Source of the DNA: Gammaproteobacteria bacterium | GTDB taxonomy: Bacteria > Pseudomonadota > Gammaproteobacteria > Ga0077536 | DNA length: 64,000 nt | Direction of reading: 5' to 3' | Assembly: GCA_050247235.1 (NCBI GenBank) | Contig: JBFWUN010000008.1 | Span: forward strand, 11,219 to 75,218 | Shown: piece by piece, positions 9,747-20,017 of the stretch | Numbering within the stretch: the stretch's first letter is position 1 | Layout: every line of letters starts with the position of its first letter | Position numbers and translations under genes: made by a program | The notes under the pieces: generated by a model | Told to the model about the DNA's origin: nothing | Databases searched by the model: none | Seen by the model: only the letters and a program-made list of their open reading frames with translations

Positions 9747-11479
9747 CGCACCTGCTCCTTGCCAGGACTCAGGTCGGGATCTGCAGCGAGCCGTACACTG
9801 TCTTGCGTCGGCTCGCTGATTGCGTCGGCTGGCAGATTGAGGATCCGTGCTGCGTCTTGCATGACGTTCGAAAAGACGGGTGCCGCAACGAGCCCACCGT
9901 AATGCTCCTTGCCACGCGGACCGTCAATCACGACGACGCCGACCAGTCGCGGTGCGCTTACGGGAATGAAGCCGGCAAACAAAGAGCGATACTGATCTTC
10001 CGCGTAACCCGATTCCGTGTTCTTGTGTACTGTCCCCGTCTTGCCTCCAACCCGGTAGCCGAAAACCTGGGCGGATTTCCCGGTACCGAACTGTACGACA
10101 CGTTCGAGCATCAGGCCCACCGCCTCGGCAGTCGGTTGCGACATCACGCGCAGACCTTTGGGCCTTTTGTCCTGGCGCAGGACGCTGACGGGATGTAGAA
10201 CGCCGCCGTTGGCGATGGCGGCATATGCGCGTGCCAGCTGCAGCGCGTTGACCGACAGTCCGTATCCGAATGCGAGCGTCGCATGCTCGATCTCGCGCCA
10301 GTGATGGTAGTCCACAAGCCGCCCGCTCGGTTCTCCGGGCAGTTCCACTTCGGTGAGATGCCCGAAACCCACGCCATTGAACATGTTCCACAGGATCTGT
10401 GGGTCCATGGACAGCGCGATCTTCGTCGATCCGACATTGCTCGACTTCTCGATCACACCCGCCACATCGAGCTTTCCATAATTGTGAATATCTCGTACCA
10501 CGTGCCGTCCGACCCTGAATGTCCCAGGACCGGTCTCCACCGGGGTAGTGGAGGTGTAAAGCCCTGATTCGAGCGCGGCCGCGACAGTGAAAGGCTTGAT
10601 TGTCGAACCAGGTTCGAAAAGATCCGTGACGGCCCGATTGCGAAAGTACTCGCCCTTCAGTGCGCCCCGGTTGTTGGGATTGAATGACGGTTGATTTGCG
10701 AGCGCGAGGAGTTCCCCCGTTCGAGCGTCCAGGATCACCATCACGCCAGCCAGGGCGCGATGTCGTTCAATTGCCTTCTTGAGTTCCCGGTTGGCGACGT
10801 ATTGCAGGCGGCGATCGATGCTCAACGCGATATCCTGGCCCTGCTGCGCAGGGCGAATCCGCTCCACGTGTTCAATGACCCGGCCAAGTCGATCCTTAAT
10901 CACGCGGTTCTGCCCGGGCGTTCCGCGCAGTGTCGAATCGAACGCCAGTTCGATGCCTTCCTGGCCACGATCGTCTACGTTCGTAAATCCGATCAGGTGG
11001 GCGGCAATCTCGACCCCCGGGTAGAACCTGCGATACTCGCTTATCAGCCCGACGCCGGGAATGTCTGCCCGACGAATTGCCAGAGCAATATCCGGACCCA
11101 CCTGGCGTTTCAGGTATAAAAACTCCCGCTTTCGTCGAGGCATGAGAAGTGTCCCGATCTGATCCCTGGACATGTCCAGCAGACGGGCCAGTTCGTCCCA
11201 GCGCTTGCGCTGGAAAATAAGTTCCGATGGATTCGCCCACACCGAACTGACCGGTGTACTGATCGCAAGAGGTTCATTGTGGCGATCCGTGATCATGCCT
11301 CGGTGGGCTTCCGTCTCGATCACCCGAAGATAACGTGCATCGCCGTGGTCCTGCAGAAACTCCCGATCGGTGAGCTGCAGATCCACGGCCCTGCCGGCCA
11401 GCACGAGAGCGATCAGCGCGAACGCACCACAGACGAGAATTCGGCGCGACCGCGGACTCGTCAATCCAGCGAATCTCAC
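9743..11479 (-). CDS. ftsI: Peptidoglycan D,D-transpeptidase FtsI (PBP3)
   Basis: 578-aa ORF with a GTG start overlapping the ftsL stop (GTGA). N-terminal TM anchor. Transpeptidase motifs GSTIKP (SxxK), SSN and KTGT. Confidence 0.93.
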   Translation of the reverse strand: MRFAGLTSPRSRRILVCGAFALIALVLAGRAVDLQLTDREFLQDHGDARYLRVIETEAHRGMITDRHNEPLAISTPVSSVWANPSELIFQRKRWDELARLLDMSRDQIGTLLMPRRKREFLYLKRQVGPDIALAIRRADIPGVGLISEYRRFYPGVEIAAHLIGFTNVDDRGQEGIELAFDSTLRGTPGQNRVIKDRLGRVIEHVERIRPAQQGQDIALSIDRRLQYVANRELKKAIERHRALAGVMVILDARTGELLALANQPSFNPNNRGALKGEYFRNRAVTDLFEPGSTIKPFTVAAALESGLYTSTTPVETGPGTFRVGRHVVRDIHNYGKLDVAGVIEKSSNVGSTKIALSMDPQILWNMFNGVGFGHLTEVELPGEPSGRLVDYHHWREIEHATLAFGYGLSVNALQLARAYAAIANGGVLHPVSVLRQDKRPKGLRVMSQPTAEAVGLMLERVVQFGTGKSAQVFGYRVGGKTGTVHKNTESGYAEDQYRSLFAGFIPVSAPRLVGVVVIDGPRGKEHYGGLVAAPVFSNVMQDAARILNLPADAISEPTQDSVRLAADPDLSPGKEQVR

Positions 11480-11742
11480 GATCGAATCCTTCTTAATTCG
11501 GTGACATCCGGGATCGTCATATTAAGCTTCGAACGAGCGAGTTCCTCGATCCGGCCATGCGTATTCCAGGTACCCTGCTCAAGGAGCAATTGCCCCCATT
11601 CGCGTTCCAACTCGTCACGCTGTATCTGCAATTCCTGAAGACGCACCACCAGTAGTCGACTTTGATATCGGGTAGAGACAACTTCGAGTGCGCTCAGGAA
11701 CGCCGCGATCGATAGCGATCCGATAATCGCAAACATCCTCAC
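11476..11742 (-). CDS. ftsL: Cell division protein FtsL
   Basis: 88-aa bitopic protein: a hydrophobic N-terminus followed by a leucine-rich coiled coil (LQELQIQRDELEREWGQLLLE). Conserved position between rsmH and ftsI. Confidence 0.85.
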   Translation of the reverse strand: MRMFAIIGSLSIAAFLSALEVVSTRYQSRLLVVRLQELQIQRDELEREWGQLLLEQGTWNTHGRIEELARSKLNMTIPDVTELRRIRS

Positions 11743-12659
11743 CCGACTCGCTCCAGCACTCTTAGCCGCGCGCTACGTGCGCGCGGATTCTGTGCAATCT
11801 CGTCTTCGGTGGGGACGAGTGGACGGCGGAAAACCACGCGAAAGCGCTTCGCATCGCCGGGCGCTTCGTCGGCGGAGTTCCGCGCCAGATCGCGGAAGTA
11901 CCGCTTGACGATCCGATCTTCGAGCGAATGAAATGAAATTACGACGAGGCGACCTGCGATCGCGAGCATATCCGCGAGCGTTGCCAGCCCTCGGCGCAAC
12001 TCGCCAAGTTCATCGTTGATAAACAGGCGCAAGGCCTGGAAAGTCCGCGTGGAAGGGTCGATACGGCGTTCGGTGCGGACAATCTGTCGAACCAACCCCG
12101 CAAGTTGGTGGGTCGTGGTGAACGGGTGTGTCCGTCTCGTCTCGCAGATACGCGCGGCAATCTGTCGTGACTTGCGTTCCTCGCCGAGTTCCCACAAGCA
12201 GTCCCGGATCACATTCTCAGGTGCTGCATTCAACCAATCGGCGACGCTCTGCCCACGGGTTGGATCCATGCGCATGTCCAGCGGACCATCCGCACGGAAA
12301 CTGAATCCGCGGGCCGGATCGTCAAGTTGCGGTGAGGACACGCCGAGGTCGAGCAGTACACCGCATAGATTGCCCGCGACACCACGCTCTGCGAGCAGAG
12401 TCGACGCCGCGGAAAACGGAGCGTGAATGATTTCCAGTCTGGGATCAGCTGCAAGATCGGGACGGGATTTGACCGCTTCCGGGTCCCGGTCGAAGGCGAA
12501 CACGCGCGCGTGCGAATCGAGTCGAGCAAGCATCACTTCCGTGTGGCCGCCGCGCCCGAATGTCGCATCCACGAAATAGCCGGATGTCCGCTGCAACAGC
12601 GCATCCATCACCTCGGTCAACATGACCGGCAGGTGCGCGCGCAGGGTAACCCCGTTCAC
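11739..12659 (-). CDS. rsmH: 16S rRNA (cytosine1402-N4)-methyltransferase
   Basis: Lies in the frame of ORF 11739..12758. GTG 12659 forms a GTGA overlap with the mraZ stop and gives VNGVTLRAHLPVMLTEVMDAL..DATFGRGGHT, the typical RsmH N-terminus and SAM motif. The start is +/- one candidate. Confidence 0.88.
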   Translation of the reverse strand: MNGVTLRAHLPVMLTEVMDALLQRTSGYFVDATFGRGGHTEVMLARLDSHARVFAFDRDPEAVKSRPDLAADPRLEIIHAPFSAASTLLAERGVAGNLCGVLLDLGVSSPQLDDPARGFSFRADGPLDMRMDPTRGQSVADWLNAAPENVIRDCLWELGEERKSRQIAARICETRRTHPFTTTHQLAGLVRQIVRTERRIDPSTRTFQALRLFINDELGELRRGLATLADMLAIAGRLVVISFHSLEDRIVKRYFRDLARNSADEAPGDAKRFRVVFRRPLVPTEDEIAQNPRARSARLRVLERVG

Positions 12660-13114
12660 AGTGAGAGCGCCTGGAGAACCTGGGAGCTGAGTGCCGTCCC
12701 TTGATCGATTTCGTCGAGCCATGCGTCGCGATGCTGCGCCCAGCTTTGGGCGTCCCACAGCTCAAGTTTGTTCCCTTGTCCGAGCAGTGCGGCGCGGTTC
12801 TGCAGACCCGCGAACTCGCGTAGCTCGCCGGAGATGAGCACACGCCCTTGGGCATCGCATTCGCAGTCCGTGGCGTAGCCTCGAATCACCTGCTTCGCGC
12901 GCCTGCTCGCGAGATCCCCGTCGGGAAGCGCGAGCAGCTTGGCGTCCACCAGGTCCCATTCCGCCAACGGGTAGAACCACAGACACCGGTCCCACGGATT
13001 CACGGTCAGCACGATGGTTTCACAGCCTCCGTGTCGAAGCTGTTCCCGGAAACGGGTCGGCATCGCGAGCCGGCCCTTGGGATCCACGCTGACTGTGAAA
13101 AATCCGCGAAACAC
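12656..13114 (-). CDS. mraZ: Transcriptional regulator MraZ
   Basis: Lies in the frame of ORF 12656..13201. GTG 13114 gives (M)FRGFFTVSVDPKGRLAMPTRFRE, 152 aa like E. coli MraZ, with the duplicated DxxGR motif (DPKGR, DAQGR). The residues upstream in the track model overlap the operator repeats. Confidence 0.9.
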   Translation of the reverse strand: MFRGFFTVSVDPKGRLAMPTRFREQLRHGGCETIVLTVNPWDRCLWFYPLAEWDLVDAKLLALPDGDLASRRAKQVIRGYATDCECDAQGRVLISGELREFAGLQNRAALLGQGNKLELWDAQSWAQHRDAWLDEIDQGTALSSQVLQALSL

Positions 13115-13185
13115 GAATAGTGCGACCTTGGTCCGTTGATCCGGGGTGATGTGGGCGTGTCGGCGGTAGGACGGAAGAGCGGGGT

Positions 13186-13210
13186 CCCCACTTTTCCCCA
13201 CAAATCTCCA
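13186..13210 (-). promoter_or_regulatory. Three direct TGGNG pentamers with 5-nt spacers (MraZ-operator-like)
   Basis: The minus strand reads TGGAG-atttg-TGGGG-aaaag-TGGGG, i.e. a 10-bp period, immediately downstream of the predicted Pmra -10. This matches the TGGGN x3 arrangement described for the E. coli MraZ operator. Confidence 0.65.
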
Positions 13211-13218
13211 CCATGGGC

Positions 13219-13248
13219 ACTATACGAATCGGCTTCGAAAACTGTCAA
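13219..13248 (-). promoter_or_regulatory. Sigma70-type promoter of the dcw cluster (Pmra)
   Basis: The minus strand reads TTGACA (13248-13243), an 18-nt spacer, then TATAGT (13224-13219). An A/T-rich tract (aaaagcaagtttttt) precedes it. Confidence 0.7.
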
Positions 13249-13430
13249 CAGAAATTGCACCTGAAGATCCAAAAAACTTGCTTTTCTAACAGTCACTTAG
13301 CGGTCCCCAGGGATCAAGGCGCACCCTTTCCGAGTGCTTTGTACGCACTTTCAATCGGATAACCTGACTATCTAAGAATTCACATTAGGAAGAAGTTGCC
13401 GGACGCGCGGATGGGGAATCCACGGACAGG

Positions 13431-13813
13431 AAGTGAGCGGGCCTGTAAGCCGGGTTCTGTGCTGCTTGCGCAGCGGTGATCATTCATCTGCGACGCGCGT
13501 CACCGCACGCCTGTAGCGACCTACCCGGAAGTTGACGCGAGCAGCGCCTGCTGCAGCGCAGCGCACTTCCCTATTTGGTCTTGCTCCGGATGGGGTTTGC
13601 CGTGCCGCCGAAGTTGATCGACGCGGTGCGCTCTTACCGCACCTTTTCACCCTTACCCTGAAAGCGGACTTTCGGGGCGGTATATTTTCTGTGGCACTTT
13701 CCGTGGACTCGCGTCCCCCAGGCGTTACCTGGCATCCCGCTCTGTGGAGCCCGGACTTTCCTCCGGGACGCCGGCCAAAACCGTCGTTCCGGCGATCACC
13801 CGGCCCGCTCGTT
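13431..13813 (-). ncRNA. rnpB: RNase P RNA, bacterial type A (ends +/- 5 nt)
   Basis: The minus strand contains GGAGGAAAGTCCGGGCTCCACAGAGCGGGATGCCAGGTAACGCCTGGGGG, AGGGTAAGGGTGAAAAGGTGCGGTAAGAGCGCACCGCG and ACAGAACCCGGCTTACAGGCCCGCTC. The P1 stem pairs GAGCGGGCC (5') with GGCCCGCTC (3'). Close to E. coli M1 RNA in all universally conserved blocks. Confidence 0.95.
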
Positions 13814-13822
13814 ACTCAGTTT

Positions 13823-13851
13823 GACGATTGCCCGTCGGTCGCGCAATCGTC
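13823..13851 (-). other. 9-bp perfect hairpin (GACGATTGC-N11-GCAATCGTC) spanning the rsmI stop, 10 nt upstream of rnpB
   Basis: The inverted repeat is read directly. A weak TTGCGC-N17-CAAACT promoter-like pair overlaps it. Confidence 0.4.
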
Positions 13852-14740
13852 AGTCCTCCTGCGGCGACATCTCCAGTGCCAGCGCGTAGAGCGCGTTGCG
13901 CGAGCCGCCGAATACGTCCGCAGCGATCTCCACAGCGTCGCGTCGCGACAGGTGGCGCAACAGGCGTGCGAGCAGTCTCTGAGGCAGATCGTCGGCAAGG
14001 GATGCCGAAACGGCACCCTCGATGACGACCACGATTTCCCCTCGGCTCGCATTCCTGTCTCCTTCAATGATGCGTATTACGTCGGTGAGGGTACCGCGAT
14101 AGACGGTTTCATGAAGCTTCGTCAGCTCGCGCACCACCGCCACGCGGCGTTCTCCGCCGAGCACATCCCGCATGTCTGAGAGCGCAGCGCGGATGCGATG
14201 CGGTGCCTCGAAGAACACCATTGTCCGCGTTTCGGTGCCGAGTTTTTCGAGGCGTGCGCTACGGGCGCCGTGCCGTACCGGCAGAAACCCCTCGAACGCG
14301 AACCGCTCGCACGGAAGTCCCGACAAGGTAAGCGCGCCCAGAATTGCACTCGCTCCGGGTATGTAACGCACGGGCACGTTGTACGCGTGGCATGCTTGCA
14401 CGAGTGGATAACCGGGATCGGAGATCAACGGTGTTCCCGCGTCGCTGATTAATGCCGCCGCCAGGCAATTCTCAGACAAACGGATCGCCAGCTGATCTGC
14501 GCGCTGTGCTTCGTTGTGCTGGTGAAATGCCTCGAGCGACGTATTCAGACCGTAACGATCGAAGAGCTTCCTGCTGTTCCTCGTGTCTTCGGCCAGCACG
14601 AAGTCCACCTGGCGCAAAACGGAAAGCGCGCGGAACGTGACATCTTCCAGATTCCCGATGGGGGTACCCACGAGGTACAAGCACGGGCGCTCGATTGTTA
14701 CACTGGCCGCAGGATTTTCAGGTGATTGAGGCATGGACAT
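13850..14740 (-). CDS. rsmI: 16S rRNA (cytidine1402-2'-O)-methyltransferase
   Basis: Lies in the frame of ORF 13850..14878. ATG 14740 (or 14734) gives MSMPQSPENPAASVTIERPCLYLVGTPIGNLEDVTFRAL, plus the SDAGTPLISDPGY motif. Divergent from lpoA, as in E. coli. Confidence 0.88.
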   Translation of the reverse strand: MSMPQSPENPAASVTIERPCLYLVGTPIGNLEDVTFRALSVLRQVDFVLAEDTRNSRKLFDRYGLNTSLEAFHQHNEAQRADQLAIRLSENCLAAALISDAGTPLISDPGYPLVQACHAYNVPVRYIPGASAILGALTLSGLPCERFAFEGFLPVRHGARSARLEKLGTETRTMVFFEAPHRIRAALSDMRDVLGGERRVAVVRELTKLHETVYRGTLTDVIRIIEGDRNASRGEIVVVIEGAVSASLADDLPQRLLARLLRHLSRRDAVEIAADVFGGSRNALYALALEMSPQED

Positions 14741-16595
14741 TCTGCTTTCGCGCCGCTGGCTGGGTGTTCTCGTGTGCGCACTCACGATAATGGCGTCGGG
14801 CTGTGTGCAACGACAGTCGGCATTGCCGGTCTCCCGGGAACGTGTGGAGTCGCCCCAGGAGCGCGCGGACACCCTCATGCGGGCATCCCGCTTCGCGGAG
14901 GCCGCGGCAATCCTGGCGCAACTCGGGCAGAACGTCGAGATCGCCGATCGGACGGACTACCGCGCGCGCGCCGCGCTTCTGTATGCGGATCTCGGCGACA
15001 TGCAACGGGCGCTGGCGCTGTTCCCGACGCCGCAGGATACGCCGCCTGCAGCGCCCCCGAGACAGGCATTGGTCGAGGGGCTTCGGCTGGTGCACGAGGG
15101 CGCAGCCGAACGGGCATCGTTCGTGCTGAATGGACTCGATTCAACGGTTCTCGACGCCTACGAACGCGGTCTGTTCCTTCGCCAATTGGGTAGACTGCAG
15201 CTCACGGAGCGCAACCCGGCAGCCCTGATGAACCTGCTGAACGCCGAACTCTTCCCCTTGCCACCGAATCGGCGCACGGAACTGACCCATCTGATCTGGG
15301 ATGCGCTACGAGCCAACGCGGATCCTGGATTCGACACCAAGGCCGACGTGCGCAACCCGAACCTGCCCGGCTGGGTCGTGCTGCTCAATGACTTTCGCCG
15401 ACTGGGACAAGACCCTGCGGCACTCGCCATACGTCTCGCCGAGTGGCGCACTGAATATCCCCAGCACCCCGCAAATGAACTCCTGGTCGATGCAATACTC
15501 GAGCTTGCAGAGGAGCAGAGCGCCCCGATCACGCGCATCGCGCTGCTGCTTCCTTTCGATGGAGAACTGTCTGCCTATGCTCGAGCAGTACGTAACGGTT
15601 TCGTGTCGATGCGGCTCATGGCGGGCGACCACGGGGTGTCGGTCCGGATGTATCCGGCCGCTGGCGCGACGGCGACCGCTGCATATCAGCGTGCGATACA
15701 GGATGGTGCGCAACTTGTCGTCGGGCCGCTCGACAAGCCCGGGATCGAGTCACTTGCGAAGCTCCCTGCAAGACCAGTTGCGATTCTCGGTCTGAACAAC
15801 GTTGACGTGCCGCCGGGTGCCCTCGGCAACACGGGCCTTGGTATCACGCAATATGGACTCGCGCCGGAAGACGAAGGGTCGGACCTTGCAAACCGGGCGT
15901 GGCGCGACGGGCGTCGCCGTATGGCGGTCATCATTCCCAATACCGATCTCGGCACTCGGATTCGAACCGCCTTCGCACAGCGCTGGACCGAACTCGGCGG
16001 CGCGCTCGTCGAGGAATCTCGTTACAGCGGATCCGTGGACTCGTACAAGCGTTCTATCCGGGAAACATTCAGCCTCGCCCAGAGTGAAGCGCGCGCGATG
16101 CGTCTGCGTCGTTTGCTCAATCGTCCGCTGGTATTCGTGTCGAAGCCCCGTCCCGATCTCGACGCTATCATGCTGGTTGCAGACCCAGTGTCGGGGCGAC
16201 AGATCATCCCTCAGTTCCGCTTCCTCGGAGTGGATCGCACACCGATTTACGCAACATCCCATATATTCGCCGGAAACAGCAACGCGAAAGCCGATCAGGA
16301 TCTCGATGGCGTGGCGTTCGGAACCATGCCATGGCATCTCGGCCTGCGTGACGCGAGTCTTCGAGACCTGTCGCGACGCCATTGGCCACGCGCAGGCGCC
16401 ACCGAGCAAAGCCTGTTCGCGTTCGGTGTCGATGCCTACCGTGTCGCGCACTCATTGCGCGAACTTGCCAGTGTGCCGGGGCATTCAATCCAGGGCGCCA
16501 CCGGCGATCTCCGACGGGATGAAGCCGGTCGGATCCGTCGGTCACTGGCCTGGGCCGCCTTCAGGGGCGGCGTCGCACGACCGTTGTCCCCCTGA
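14733..16595 (+). CDS. lpoA: Penicillin-binding protein activator LpoA (lipoprotein)
   Basis: 620-aa ORF. Signal peptide MDILLSRRWLGVLVCALTIMASGC with a lipobox-like ASGC. TPR-like N-terminal half and a periplasmic-binding-protein-like C-terminal half. Conserved rsmI/lpoA-yraN-diaA-dolP synteny. Confidence 0.8.
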   Translation: MDILLSRRWLGVLVCALTIMASGCVQRQSALPVSRERVESPQERADTLMRASRFAEAAAILAQLGQNVEIADRTDYRARAALLYADLGDMQRALALFPTPQDTPPAAPPRQALVEGLRLVHEGAAERASFVLNGLDSTVLDAYERGLFLRQLGRLQLTERNPAALMNLLNAELFPLPPNRRTELTHLIWDALRANADPGFDTKADVRNPNLPGWVVLLNDFRRLGQDPAALAIRLAEWRTEYPQHPANELLVDAILELAEEQSAPITRIALLLPFDGELSAYARAVRNGFVSMRLMAGDHGVSVRMYPAAGATATAAYQRAIQDGAQLVVGPLDKPGIESLAKLPARPVAILGLNNVDVPPGALGNTGLGITQYGLAPEDEGSDLANRAWRDGRRRMAVIIPNTDLGTRIRTAFAQRWTELGGALVEESRYSGSVDSYKRSIRETFSLAQSEARAMRLRRLLNRPLVFVSKPRPDLDAIMLVADPVSGRQIIPQFRFLGVDRTPIYATSHIFAGNSNAKADQDLDGVAFGTMPWHLGLRDASLRDLSRRHWPRAGATEQSLFAFGVDAYRVAHSLRELASVPGHSIQGATGDLRRDEAGRIRRSLAWAAFRGGVARPLSP

Positions 16596-16607
16596 ATCGC
16601 GTGAAAC

Positions 16608-18180
<1,573 letters not shown>

Positions 18181-18199
18181 CACCCCTCGGGCCACATAC

Positions 18200-18604
18200 T
18201 CACTTCACTACGGTGAGTCGCGGCGGCGTGCGGGCTTTCGGCCCTGAGGGTGGTGGTGAATCGGGAGAATCCTCCGAATCCGTAACCGCCGGTGATGTCT
18301 CCTCGTCGAATGCCAGCCCTCGACCGTTCTCCTTTGCATACAAGGCACGCACCGCGTCGACAGGCACGGTGATGTCCTGCGCCACGCCGCCAAAGCGGGC
18401 GCTGAACATCACGAAGTCATTCCCCATCTGCAGATCCCTGACGGCACCGGGCGCGATATTCAGCACGATCATCCCGTCACGTGCGTATTGCATCGGTACC
18501 GCGCAGCGCTTGTCGGACACGTCAATGAGCAGATGAGGCGTGCATCCGTTGTCCGCTATCCAATCGTATAGTGCTCGGATGAAATATGGCTTGGTGGGTG
18601 TCAT
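18200..18604 (-). CDS. sspB: ClpXP adaptor stringent starvation protein B
   Basis: 134 aa. MTPTKPYFIRALYDWIADNGCTPHLLIDV N-terminus with an acidic, Pro-rich tail. Lies downstream of sspA. Confidence 0.9.
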   Translation of the reverse strand: MTPTKPYFIRALYDWIADNGCTPHLLIDVSDKRCAVPMQYARDGMIVLNIAPGAVRDLQMGNDFVMFSARFGGVAQDITVPVDAVRALYAKENGRGLAFDEETSPAVTDSEDSPDSPPPSGPKARTPPRLTVVK

Positions 18605-18639
18605 GAGTCGGAATCGCTCGGAATAGTCCGTGCCCCCCG

Positions 18640-19269
18640 TTACGAGTGAACCATCGTTCGTTCAGCCGGCGACAGGCTGGCACGGAATCCGGGCCGGGCG
18701 AACAGGGCTTCCGCGTATTTCAGAAGCGGTCGCGCAGGCGCCGAGAGTCGGATTCCATATTGTCCCAATCGCCACAGCAATGGGGCGAGGCAGCAGTCTG
18801 CGAGCGAGAATTCATCCGACAGAAAATACGAATAGCGCGCAAACGCCGGCGAGATGGCGAGGAGATTGTCTCGAAGCGCATGGCGCGCGTTGCTGGTCGA
18901 TTCCTGCGGGTCACCATCCAGTTCGCTCGCGTGACCGTACAGGTCTCGCATGATCCGGTGCCTGATCTGCCGGTTGTTCGCCCGGGATACCGGGTCAACA
19001 GGCATCAAAGGGGGATGCGGGTATCGTTCATCGAGGTATTCCAGCATGACTTGCGGGTCATAGACGACGAGGTCACGGTCTATCAAGGTCAGTAGCGTAT
19101 GGTACGGATTGAGGTCGTTGAGGTCCTCGGGTTTTGTTTCATCCGTGATGAAGTGGACCTCGACATTGATGTCCTTTTCCGCCAGAACAATCCTGACGAT
19201 GTGTCCGACGGGGTCCTTGGCCTCGGCATATAACGTCATGATCGAACGTCGATTCATGACGACGCTCAT
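18640..19269 (-). CDS. sspA: Stringent starvation protein A (GST-like)
   Basis: 209 aa. MTLY..HIVRIVLAEK..DLNPY..MLEYLDERYPHPPLMP aligns closely with E. coli SspA. Confidence 0.92.
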   Translation of the reverse strand: MSVVMNRRSIMTLYAEAKDPVGHIVRIVLAEKDINVEVHFITDETKPEDLNDLNPYHTLLTLIDRDLVVYDPQVMLEYLDERYPHPPLMPVDPVSRANNRQIRHRIMRDLYGHASELDGDPQESTSNARHALRDNLLAISPAFARYSYFLSDEFSLADCCLAPLLWRLGQYGIRLSAPARPLLKYAEALFARPGFRASLSPAERTMVHS

Positions 19270-19270
19270 A

Positions 19271-20017
19271 TCAATGAACGTCTTTCCAGTACTCGCGTTT
19301 CATCAGGTAGACGGCGACCAGCAGCACCGAGAGGAATAGCAGAACGGCGACGCCCAGCCGGTAGCGCACAAGCTTGGCGGGTTCCCCCAGGTAGACCATG
19401 AAGGCCACCAGGTCGCGCACCTGCTTCTTGAACTCAACTTCTCCAAGCTTGCCTGGCGTATCCGTTTCGAGCCGCTCGATCGACTGGACGTTGTTGCCTG
19501 CTGCGTCCGATGTCGTGTGATAGACGGCACGCTGCTGGCCCTGGAGTTCCCACAGTACATGCGGCATCGACGCACCTGGGAGATAGAGGTTGTTCACCCC
19601 GGTAGGACGGGTTGGATCGAGATAGAAGCCCTGCAGAAAACTGTACAGCCAATCAGCACCCCGGGCGCGCGCGATGACCGACAGGTCGGGCGGCTGAATC
19701 CCGAACCACTTCTCCGCATCCGCTGCCTTCAGCGCTACCGTCATGGTTTCGCCAATCTTGTCGGTCGTGAACATCACGCCGGCCTTCATCTTGTCCTCGG
19801 GGATCCCAAGGTCGGTCGCGATGCGGTTGTATCGCATAAAGGACGCCGAGTGGCAGCTCACACAGTAATTGATGAACAGCTTTGCGCCATTCTGCAGGCT
19901 GGCACGGTTGCCCAGATCGACGTTCGCACGTTGAAGTTTGGGTTCGCCCTCGGTACTCGCAAGCGCGAGAGTTGTCGCGAATCCGAGCGCAAGGGCAAAA
20001 ATTAAACGGCGCATCAC
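19271..20017 (-). CDS. petC: Cytochrome c1 subunit of the ubiquinol-cytochrome c reductase
   Basis: 248 aa. Signal peptide, a single CVSCH heme-c motif and a C-terminal TM anchor. Follows cytochrome b. Confidence 0.9.
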   Translation of the reverse strand: MMRRLIFALALGFATTLALASTEGEPKLQRANVDLGNRASLQNGAKLFINYCVSCHSASFMRYNRIATDLGIPEDKMKAGVMFTTDKIGETMTVALKAADAEKWFGIQPPDLSVIARARGADWLYSFLQGFYLDPTRPTGVNNLYLPGASMPHVLWELQGQQRAVYHTTSDAAGNNVQSIERLETDTPGKLGEVEFKKQVRDLVAFMVYLGEPAKLVRYRLGVAVLLFLSVLLVAVYLMKREYWKDVH

